Assembly: GCA_964035545.1 (NCBI GenBank)
Contig: OZ037766.1
Span: 15,552,722 to 15,616,721 of the forward strand
Direction: 5' to 3'
DNA: 64,000 nucleotides
Source: Bugula neritina
Lineage: Eukaryota; Animalia; Bryozoa
How positions within the stretch are numbered: position 1 is the stretch's first letter; the number at the start of each line of letters is the position of its first letter. Of the stretch, positions 26,401 through 37,064 are shown piece after piece. Made by a program: the position numbers and the translations under genes. A model generated the notes under the pieces. It saw only the letters and a list, made by a program, of their open reading frames with translations, was not told the DNA's origin and did no database searches.

Positions 26401-28091
26401 AAAAGCAATTGTGGTTTGACTATGATTACGAAATACTTCACCTCATGACGCAATGTAAACCAGTAAAATTTTTACTATTGAACAACTAACAATGGCTTTT
26501 AAAAAGTTATATAATTGTGGTAGTAAAAACTTTACTTACGCATATGGAGGAAAAGTAAATGTTTCCATTGTGCTGGTAAGCAATAAGATTCTGTTCAAAC
26601 AGAGTACTAGCCAACCGTATGAACATCATCCAATTACACATATTCTCATCTGAGGTGTCCAAATATTCAAACGTGTGGCGTGACTTGAAAACCTTGTGAT
26701 ATAACATATAATAACAGTGTAAACAGTCACCTTGTAATATAACATATAACAATGTCAAAAGCAAAAACATAAAATTATGTAAATAATTTAGAGTTGCTAC
26801 TATTTAAAATCCATTACTGTAACAACTTTTTGAATTATACTAGAAGATGAATAAGCTGACTGATTTCAATGCTACTAAACTATCAAGTTATTGCAATAGT
26901 AGATATTTCTAGTGAACCAGTTTGGCTGAAAACTCCCACTAAAAGTTAACTTGTACTGCAACCACAACAACATGGCCTAACTACTAGCTCAAATTATATA
27001 GTCATGAGTGAAAAACTTTGTCTGCCTACAATAAGTTATTCTAGCAGCAAGAGTTTGTACAGCACAACTAAAAGCCTATTTGATTGTATCTAGTGTAGTG
27101 TAGAATTAGCTTTTAGTATGGGGCCCATCAACACTACTGAGTTCATTGATGGCACATTATTTTCTTCAACACAAATATGACGAAGCTCAAAACATGTAAC
27201 TAATATAATGGCAGCCATATGCAATGAGTTTATACATGTTATCAGATTTAGTGAAAGCAACAAAAAACTACAACCATTTATGAAGAGACTTACCTTGAAT
27301 GTGTACTTTTCCTGCTGCGCTTTGTCGATTTGATCAACTGAGAGTTTAGGTGCAATAAAGGGACCAAATCTGGTGCACTTTTTGATTCGCTTGTTACATA
27401 TGACGGCAGCCTTGTGGTCAGCAGTTGAGCCGATACTGAAATGATTTGGTAAGGTTTGCCGAGCTAGACTAATCGGCTTTGCATCTCGAATCACAGTGGA
27501 GGGGTGGTCAGGACAATCTGTGTTTTTACTGGTGCCACAATCTTCACACCCTAGTCAGTAGATAGACAAACTAACTTACTTATAGATTAATTACGGAAAA
27601 AAACAGTTGTGCATTTGAAAATATCGGAACGAGCTAGCTTTTACTACATAAAATTGATGATGACAAAACAATTTATACTCACATATAAGCTTGTCATTGA
27701 AGGCTTCTTCTTCAAGATTACTTGTACTCAAGGTTTCCGAGTTCACGTTTAACGTAACTGAATCGGGTTGAAGCTTGTTGAGGGATTGGTCGGAATTAAT
27801 GACCATCAGAGCATCATTCTGAGAATTATTGCTTATGGCATTACTTTGCGATTGGTGTTCTATATAGGTTGGAGGGTTTTTATTGTAAATGTGAACGCTG
27901 GATGCAGTGTTGAAGCTATCTTTCATTAAGTCTGCCGACATCAACGGCTGTTGCACATTGTGATACAAGTCTGGAATTATGTGCTCTTGGTTGAGTTGAT
28001 GAAGGAAAGATTGGTAGTTGTTAGTGAGCTTGGCATTTGACTCCGAAAGATCTTGGTTTTGTATTTTGTTCATCTCGGCAATTCTTTCCAT
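23417..28091 (-). CDS. PR/SET-domain zinc-finger protein with a PLAG-type seven-C2H2 array (about 854 aa)
   Basis: Phase-consistent exons 28091-27683, 27550-27294, 26692-26540, 26221-26137, 25758-25627, 25377-25170, 24966-24816, 24586-23417. Zn knuckle WCEDC...CPDH; PR motifs RFGPF and CNWMMFIR...EQNLIAYQ; one C2HC finger; then seven C2H2 fingers and a Ser/Thr/Pro-rich tail. Confidence 0.88.
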
Positions 28092-28389
28092 AATGAGGTC
28101 TACAAACTTAAATACCAATTCCAATGTCAATTCAATTTGTAAACATACTCAATTTATTTATTTTTACCAATTTACTCGCATGAGGGAAAACCATCAAATA
28201 TCCCAAAAATACAACAATATACACAATGAAACAGCCTAAAGATAGACAAAGGAACATACACGATAAAGCAGTTCACACAACATTCTTGACATAATTTGAT
28301 GAGCATGCCAACGTAGCAAATGTCTGTTCATTATGTTACTGCTTATGGAGCATGTCACCTGCTTGTTTACGTAAGAGTTGAAAAACTTA

Positions 28390-28490
28390 CCAAACCGCCA
28401 CCTTAGCTTAGGACAAATTTGTTTTTCCCTTTCTGCGGCCTAATAGATGGAACACCTGTAGATACAGTGTACTGCGAGGGCTAGTCGGTC
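28390..28490 (-). other. Probable non-coding upstream exon of the PR/PLAG gene
   Basis: Minus-strand donor TTTG|GTAAGT at 28390/28389 and an acceptor TTTGTAG eight bases upstream of ATG 28091. The exon's 5' boundary is approximate. Confidence 0.4.
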
Positions 28491-28949
28491 CCTGTTAACC
28501 AATTAGATATGTATAAAATAATATTTTTGGTTGAATAAAATTATTTAGATTATAATTATCATAACAAAATAATTTGAATATCATTATTTGATGAAAATAC
28601 ATTTTAATACATCTTTTTATTACAACTAAAATTGCCAACTCAAACTGTTACTTACAATCACTGTGATCAGCTACCATAAAAATAACATTAGTAATCTGTT
28701 CAATACAATGACAATAAATAAACAAAAACTCATAAAACTGAAACTATCATAATTATCATCATTGCTTACTGTCATAATTATAACTATATTAACATTTATC
28801 TTAACTTATAAATATGATACATGACAAGCATTGAAATAACTGTACAAAACGAAGACACTAGACATGAACAGCAAGTCACCCATAACAAGATAAATTTATC
28901 CTTCAAGCAGTAACTTTGAGTTTGTCTATGATTATTATGAAAATTATTA

Positions 28950-29620
28950 TATACAAAGTTATAGTATCATAAATTTAAACATCACCACCATGGTCACTAT
29001 CACTATGAGTATGACTGTTACTGTAGTTTTATTCATAATTATTAAATGGTAATGATTATGATAATTGCTATAAAATCATAATGATTAACGGCAATTAATA
29101 ACTATAACAGTTCATTTCTATTTTGATCAGTGATTATTAATAAATATTATCAATAAGATTATGAGTAATTCTAGAATTATTCTACTAGTATTAGAATTAG
29201 GTACTATTAGACTTAGTAATACTAATACTATTACTAAGAGTAAGTATCTATTAGTATTAGTATAAGTATTACTAATATCAATAGTTTAGTATTACTATTA
29301 CTAATACTATTAGTAATTGTAATACTAATTTTAATAGTAATAGTAATACTTATAATTATACTTATACTTCACACTTGAACTTGAATTGTGATGTGTCATA
29401 ATGATAATATTCATTTCACATTGAATTTGAGCTAACAGCTACTGCAAGAAGGAACCTGATAGTTATACTGATAGCGATTCAGATTATTCTAGAAGTCAGT
29501 ACAGGTACTAGAACAGTAGAAGTACTACTACTACTGTACTAGAAGTAGAAGACGAAGTAGAAAGTATAACTATAACATTAACTATAATAAATATAATAAA
29601 GACTAGAGTCCATATTAGTA
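28950..29620. repeat. AT-rich low-complexity region (ATT/ACT/TAG-type degenerate repeats)
   Basis: Runs of tattactaatac- and agtagaagt-like motifs. Confidence 0.6.
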
Positions 29621-30439
29621 TTACATAAGATCTAAGTTTATAATAGGTATGTTATTGCTTGTATGCCTATGTCAGTATGTATATCATTATAGTTACTGGT
29701 TGAGTGAAAATCACGAAAGAGCAGAATCACATACTGACACTGGTAGTGATACTGATACTCATAATGAGGATTAATTTTGTGCTGTATATTTTATAGGTCC
29801 TATAGCGAGTTTTGATCGCATCGATGAGTGAATTCGAATGGTGGTAGAAGCAACATCACGTTAGGGGTGATTGAGCACAGTATTCATATACAGGTAATAC
29901 TTGTCCAGACTCCAACCCTCTAACTCCAAGCTCGAGAACATGAACTAATGCGCTTAGTAACCCTGAACTCCGTGCCGCTTCAAGCGGATTTTAGCAACGC
30001 CACTATTACTATACTACACCCAGAAATGGTAAATATCCAGAGTGGCGACTTTGAAGCATGAGAAATTATTATGCCGCGTTCTGTACCATGAGTTTATATA
30101 AGTTATAAAGGGAAAATTTTGCTACTTTTGCTATTTTTTTAATTTTATGTGTACATTGTTTTTAGTTTTGTTTAAAGGCATAGTGTTTAAAACATTTCTT
30201 ATGCATATATATAGAAAAATTTAAAACTCACTTATGCACGTAAATACAAAGCTATAAAGTTTAAGTTTCGCTATGATTACAATGTGAATATGAATAGAAT
30301 AATGCTTGGAATAACCATTTTACACAAAATACATTACAATTGCCATAAATGTAAGACTAGTGAATTGGATGCAAAAAAAGTATAGTAATACTACTTAATT
30401 TATGCTATTTTTAAAATTTGTAGTAAATAATTGGCATGT

Positions 30440-30493
30440 ATATGTATATATATAAATATATATATATATATTTATACAAATATAAATAAATAA

Positions 30494-30538
<45 letters not shown>
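30440..30538. repeat. (TA)n/(TAAA)n microsatellite
   Basis: Seen directly. Confidence 0.95.
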
Positions 30539-30544
<6 letters not shown>

Positions 30545-30559
30545 GAAACGTAATAAGAT

Positions 30560-31270
30560 TTGATTAATATAATGACATAATTTATTATTAATAGTTTCGT
30601 AGACAGAATGTTGTGCACTGGTCAGATATAAAATTGTCATTATAATTGCTCTCAACTATATAATATTGTAAAAAGTGAATATACGCAGAATAAAGCATGA
30701 TAATTAAAACATAACAAAGAGGTAGCATTGGATGTAATTAGCTATGTCACAGCATTCTTGAGTAGGAATTTGCTGCTATGCCTGCATATAGATAAAATGT
30801 CATTGCGCTTGGTAAGAGAAGACAACTGTGGCTTGTGCAGAATAAAATATTTCTCCCATGAGCACACCCGCAGCTTTTGGTGATGTTATTATATGGCTCT
30901 GCCGTTTTTTCTGAGAGTTTTCCAGGATATTGTGTTAATCCAGGCCTCTGTCTTTCAATGACCAGATGTGTTTGTTTAACTCAGTTTGTAAGCGCTTGGT
31001 GGGATGCCTGAAGGAAGCCAGGTGGTTGTAATACCTTGCCTTGAATGCAGTAAAAGAAATTTCTACATATGTTTCAACAGTATCGTTGGAGTTGTGCATT
31101 CTCCTGGAAGCGGGCATCTCTCTACATTTCTACAATTGCAGCCTGCCTGTGATGTAGAGGCAGTGTTACAATTAGCAGCACTTTTGTTGTGAGCAGTAAT
31201 GGTTTGCTCCAAGTTAGGGCAGCAACTGTAGCTAAGTTTGAGTGTGTTCTTGTTAAACAATTTGTGCAGC
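30560..31270 (-). mobile_element. Penelope-like element remnant (C-terminal GIY-YIG endonuclease region and 3' tail), decayed
   Basis: Minus strand, frameshifted: LHKLFNKNTLKLSYSC, CNCR...CPLPGEC, TYV...FKARYYNHLASF...TELNKHIWSLK, EKYFI...KRNDILSICRHSSKFLL. This is the typical PLE C-terminus. It ends next to a (TA)n tract. Confidence 0.85.
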
Positions 31271-31687
31271 ATCATTAAATACAATGTTAGATATAAGATT
31301 TTGCAAGGCAACAGGTTACATTCTAATACAAAATGCAATGATGCCTTATAGATTAGTTTGAAAACTAATTTGATATAAAGTTTATTGTATTCAGTCACTT
31401 TTTATACTTTCAATTTTTCTTGCTAACACAAGCTGGTTTATGATCATATTGCCTAAGGGTTCAGTATTGTCCTAAAATACTAATTTCCCAAAGTACTAGT
31501 TTAACACTTGAATGTTTTTTAAAACTGCTTAGATAGTATTATTTAACATATTACACTTTGTTAGAAGTAAATTGTAGTGTCAATATAAACTACCACAGTT
31601 AAGTAACTGCTATTCATGTGTATGTGTAATGCCTGCATGCATCTATAAAGTGTAATGTTCTAACAATTACTACATATATCTTTGCAG

Positions 31688-31890
31688 TGGATAGCTGCAC
31701 GTGCTACTTAAACACTACTTACTACTCAGCTGATGTTACTAATGAATGTGATAGTTATATTCAGAAGTCATCTCCCAACTAGCCAGGTATAAAAAAGAAG
31801 TGTCCATTTCCTCTCAAGTTTGACGTATAGTCAAGTGTGACTGCTTCTATCACTGGTCTATAGCTGTTTGGTGTCCAGAAAGTTGTACAA
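31688..31890 (+). pseudogene. Pseudogenised exon of a divergent paralog of the chitin-binding array genes
   Basis: Acceptor TTTGCAG with the same phase as the array's middle exon. Reads (V)DSCTCYLNTTYYSADVTNECDSYIQKSSPN*PGIKKKCPFPLKFDV / VKCDCFYHWSIAVWCPESC, with one TAG and a 2-nt frameshift. Confidence 0.75.
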
Positions 31891-33081
31891 GCAGACTCAA
31901 TGAATTTAACATATCACCTGCAATACTTATCCAAAATGTTCTCGATAAATAGGTTGAAACAATTACACTTTTATTTCAATTATTTTACTATTCTTTGATA
32001 CACTACAAAAGTATAGCACTTGCAATATAATGACTAGTTACCAAACCATTATAATTTAATGAGCTTTTTATTAATTCAACTTTCAACTTTCAACTTTTAA
32101 AAATTTGCACACCTTCCCAAAAGTATTATATGTAATGAAGGGATATAATTTATTAGTAATAATACAGTTTCTCTGTAGCTGTTACATTTGTTGTATTCTT
32201 CTCTGTAAAGTTGCTGTTGCAGAAACATGTTTTACAGCCACCATCTATAATACAATACCTGGAAGTAATTTTGTTAATGCAAATTTTAATATCCCATTGC
32301 ATGAGCAGCCCAAGATATCTGCAGGTATATAGGACACTTGTGTGACATAGCAGCTTGTCATAGTATAGCAGATATAAATTTGTGGAAGCTAGAGTATAAA
32401 TATATAACTTCTAGCCCAAAGCTATGAAAATATTATTCAATTATAACTAAAATTAGAATTATACAAACAAAGGTAACAGTTGCAAGCTCATTAAAAAAAA
32501 CTAAATAAAATTTAACGATAACTCTAGAGTCTAGAGTTTAAACTATGTAAATAGAAACATGCAAAAAGATACAATATACCAAACAAAAATAACTTGACAA
32601 TGCTAGCAGTCATAAAATCGATTAATTATCCAGTTCTTGAGGAAAAAGTGTTAGCTGCTTTGCAAACACGCTACCTACTCATTTATTCATATAATATATT
32701 AGTATGTTACAGCTCATCACATTTTTATCATTTATACTCGATACAGTGAGCAACTATTGCAACCAGGGGTTTTCTTCTCTCCTTAAATTATATGTAGGAG
32801 CAGGTAATCTCACAACACGTTTTCAACTAATATGATATGATACACAAAATAATTACAAGAAAGACTGATATGGATGGTGACTAGTAACAAGTTGAAGTTA
32901 TCTTACCAAACATTCTTGTGATGCAGGCACCAGCAACCATTTGGCAATTCAAAAATTAAAATGATTTGATAGCTTTATGGCAATTTTTTTCAAATTTTAC
33001 ATCATTTTATGCAGATTCCTGGATTTATGATTATCATAATCTTACAATGAAAAACTGCTTGACGCTATCTTTGCATTCCAG

Positions 33082-33086
<5 letters not shown>

Positions 33087-33167
<81 letters not shown>
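33087..33167. repeat. (TA)n microsatellite
   Basis: Seen directly. Confidence 0.95.
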
Positions 33168-33171
<4 letters not shown>

Positions 33172-33174
33172 CAA

Positions 33175-33221
33175 TCTGTGGACAGCAGCTGTTTTAGGGT
33201 TTGTCCCCTCATCAGCACAAA
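33175..33221 (-). ncRNA. Type I hammerhead ribozyme copy with core mutation (GAAA to AAAA)
   Basis: Minus strand UUUGUG CUGAUGA GGGG ACAAA CCCU AAA ACAGC U GCUGU C CACAGA. Stems are retained but G12 is replaced by A. Confidence 0.8.
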
Positions 33222-33446
33222 ACAGAGTACCATGGCCCACACCTTCGCAATAGTAGAAACTTATGTTTCTACTAAAGCATATTTAAAAGGTGTGTAAATT
33301 CAAGCCAGAGAGCTCAAGTGACTCTAGGGGTCACCTAGGAGTCATGAGCCTTGCAAAATGCTAGCAGCTTGAGTTTGTGACCATGGTGAGAGTGCTCAGT
33401 CACTGAATGTCATTGCTGAGCATTAAGTGAAAGCATAATACCTCAA

Positions 33447-33493
33447 TCTGTGGACAGCAGCTGTTTCGGAGTTTGTCCCCTCATCAGCACAGA
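33447..33493 (-). ncRNA. Type I hammerhead ribozyme, intact core
   Basis: Minus strand UCUGUG CUGAUGA GGGG ACAAA CUCC GAA ACAGC U GCUGU C CACAGA. Stems I, II and III all pair. Predicted GUC cleavage between 33453 and 33452. Confidence 0.9.
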
Positions 33494-33530
33494 ACAGAGT
33501 ACCATGGCCCACACCTTCGCAATAGTAGTT

Positions 33531-33726
<196 letters not shown>

Positions 33727-34043
33727 TTTAGTTGATGACATGGATAGCCTAAACTGATCTGCTGATGTTGGATGAACAACGGCGTACTTTGGCAAATAAA
33801 TCTGTTGAAATTGTTAATCAACAAGACCAAATTTATAGCCTACAATATGCCCTTCTCAGCCAAAACAAACAGGCAATGATGTCAATTATGTAAAGATATA
33901 AAACATTGCAGGCCCAATGTTCTGCTTACAACATGATGAGTATATATGCAGTAATAAACAAGTTTATGGTTATTTCATCTCTTAGCACCGAGTGACAGAA
34001 TCTGGGACAAAATAGATTAGCTGAGTTACAATTTTGGCTTTTA

Positions 34044-34232
34044 TACACACACACACACACACGCACACACGCACACACGCACACACGCACACACGCACAC
34101 ACGCACACACGCACACACGCACACACGCACACACGCACACACGCACACACGCACACACGCACACACGCGCACACGCACACACGCACACACGCACACACGC
34201 ACACACGCACACACGCACACACGCACACACAC
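34044..34232. repeat. (GCACACAC)n/(CA)n microsatellite
   Basis: Seen directly. Confidence 0.95.
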
Positions 34233-35339
34233 ATATATGTTATATTTATATTTATATAAGCAATTATATACAAAGTCTACATTTGCAATATCAACATATA
34301 ACATGGCAATACATGAAATATCAATTTTGCAATTGCAACCTATATAATAGCAAAACCTGCAATCAAAACATATACAATTTAACCACATATTATATTGTAA
34401 CAAAATAAATAACAGAAACTTTATAATTTCACTTTAAATCTATAGTTTTGTTATAGTAGTAATGTAGAGCCCATATATTATATTAGCAGCAATGATTTTA
34501 ATGGTACTTTCTTGCGCAAGCTTCTATTTTACAAAAAAGTTGACACCTACCTCTGACAATCAAAACAAAATTTCATTAGATTTGGTAAAACTTTCATGAA
34601 GATTTTATTGCTTTTCAGCTTCATGCTTTTGCATTAATTTTTATATCTATAAAATATATATGCTGAAGGCTATAATCATATTTTTCAAACTAGTTATATT
34701 ATTAACTTTTTTACAGTCTATTGCATGAAGTCCTAAGTATATAGGGCCTATGCATTGTTTTAGAACTTAGCTTAGTTTTTAGTCCTATATAAAACTCCTG
34801 AAGTGTTTAGATTTAAATACATTAACTGATTTTTCATCAAAATGAAATAAAATTTGGGTTTCTGTATAAAGATAAAAAGACCTCATTTTTTGGGAAGCAA
34901 ACCATCCTTCTACCAGCCGAAATAAAATCTCTTGCTAAATTTCTAACTATAATTATTGCAACAGGAAGGTTGAAAACATGTATCACATAAACAAGTGACA
35001 AACAAGACATGATGAATAATTTTTAACTTATAGAACTCAAAGTACATATCCTGACAGAAATGGTGAAACTCTGCTGGTACTTGTGTAATGTGCACACTAC
35101 GTAACTTAAATGATTGCAACCTGAAGCAATACAATCATATGTTGTTGGTTCCTTGTTGTGGTAAACTTAACATAGCTTGAACTTTGACATTTCTTCTGGT
35201 ATATAAGTTAGCTGAGTTGTCTATTGAGGTTATTCCAAACCAGCAAGTCTGTAAAAACCTTCTACCAAGAACAAACTTGATGTAAGTATATAAACTTCTC
35301 TCATTATATAAAGTTGAAACTATCATCATATTATACTGC

Positions 35340-35347
35340 TATAAATA
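35340..35347 (+). promoter_or_regulatory. TATA box of array copy 1 (equivalents at 38585, 45453, 52718, 59366, 63922)
   Basis: GCTATAAATA is conserved in all six units, about 150-210 bp upstream of the ATG, even where the flanks diverge. Confidence 0.65.
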
Positions 35348-35545
35348 TACAGACTGTTCTATATGGGTGTGAAACTTTAAAGAGTATTATTATATTTATT
35401 TTGGTGCAATCGAAGGCGCAATCTAACTATTTTTAGAGCAAACTCGTTTTTTTGAAACTTAGTTTCAATACACTTTGTGCATTCAAGGAAAAATGTTATG
35501 TTTTATTCTCACAAAATGGTGATATTCTTTTAGAATTCAATCAAC

Positions 35546-37064
35546 ATGATGCAAACTAAGGCCGGTGCTATATTTTCATTGGTGACAATAGCTGCGGTTT
35601 CTGCCAGCTATATTGCACATAATCCAACAACTACAACTCAACCACCCTACCAACCAACTACACCTGGGCATATTGTTGGTGAGTTACATTTCACTTTACA
35701 TTTGATTGAAAAGTTATAATTCATAACTGTAGCAATTTAATCTGCTGAATATTTTTCCAACAGCTGTTTTAATTTAAAAATTTAAGCAAAAATATAATTA
35801 GGGTTCAGTAATAAGACATGGTATATGTATAATATAAAATTTAGGGTTCAGAAGTAAAAGGTATATGATAGTATACGGGGCTAGAATTTTCCATTGAATT
35901 CCAGCAATTTCACAATAATTATGTCACAAAAATAGATATCTTAAGATTTGTTTTGTGTCAATTATCCATCAAGTCATGCATATTGCCAGCATATAGCAAA
36001 AAGCAAACTCTCTAATCGTTGCTGGAATGTCTCAAGGATTTTGATAACAAAGTTTAGAAATGCCCCACTAATAAATTTCAGTGGTTGATACATGTCCAAC
36101 ATATCACATGCAATTCTTGCAAAACAATAGTTGTATGTGCTTTTATTTATTTATAGGGAATACATTTGTTAAACTTTTAATAATAATATATCAGATATTG
36201 CTGTCAATATATTGACAAATAGTTGTATAGTAAATATTTATTTATTATGGGCAACAACTCAGTATTTACATTTCATGACATTGTGAAAGTTATCAATTAG
36301 CTATTTTGAAACAAATGCATTGCCATTTTATGTTTGTAACTTTAGTTGATGACTGCACCTGCTTTGAGAAGGGTAACTACTACTCCCCAGTATCAAGTGA
36401 TGATTGTAGAAGTTTCACTCAGAGAACTGCTTTTCTCCCAGCTGAAACTCTAAAATGTCCATATGGTCTACAGTTTGATGTGAAAACCTGTGTCTGTAAT
36501 TTTCCTACGGATACTGTTTGTCCACAATACTGCCCGGCACCTTATACCCCAACTCCTAACCCTGGGCGTAAGTATACATGGAAATTATATATCAGCATTT
36601 CTTATTCTACGCTATTATAATAATTAGAGAAAAACCAAATCAATCTTATATAGTTTGGTTGACCTGCTATATGAAATAATCTTGTGTAATTAAAATAACA
36701 TAATAATTTGCAGGAAAATGATTTTGAATTAGTAAAAATTATCTGGTCAAAATAACATATAATTATTTGCAGAGAGATTATTTTTAATTAGTATAAAAAG
36801 TAATCGGTCTCATACAAAAGTGAAAATTGGCATTTCAAAATTTGAGCACAATTTAGCAAGTTCCACACAATATTTTGTATATTTACAGCAGGCTGCACAG
36901 AGAACGGTAACACATACAGACAAGTACCTGGTACACACTGTCAGAAATTTACTCAAGAGACAGCTACTCTTCCTCCACAAGTTCACTCCTGTCCTTATGG
37001 ACTCAAGTTTGATTTAGACACATGCGTCTGCAACTTCCCAGCTCTCACAAATTGCTCTGTATAA
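35546..37064 (+). CDS. Secreted peritrophin-like protein with two CBM14-type domains, copy 1 (176 aa)
   Basis: Exons 35546-35678, 36346-36567, 36889-37064 with phase-1 GT-AG introns. Signal peptide MMQTKAGAIFSLVTIAAVSA, a Thr/Pro linker, two C..F....CPYGLxFD..TCVCNF domains. Confidence 0.9.

Larger units (their letters stand above)
33166..33528 (-). mobile_element. Putative non-LTR retrozyme (about 1.3 copies of a 272-nt monomer) inserted in (TA)n
   Basis: 91-bp direct repeats at 33166-33256 and 33438-33528, each holding a type I hammerhead motif; hairpin-rich spacer; (TA)n on both sides. Confidence 0.8.

Noticed and set aside
33166-33528. Direct repeats read as a mini-LTR (TRIM) or CRISPR-like unit
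   Set aside because: No TG...CA ends, PBS or PPT; only two repeats in a eukaryotic context. The hammerhead motifs explain the repeat better.
34943-35329. Recurrent minus-strand ORFs upstream of each array gene (also near 38123-38571, 44995-45442, 58904-59355)
   Set aside because: They recur only because the spacer is duplicated; frames and stops differ between copies.
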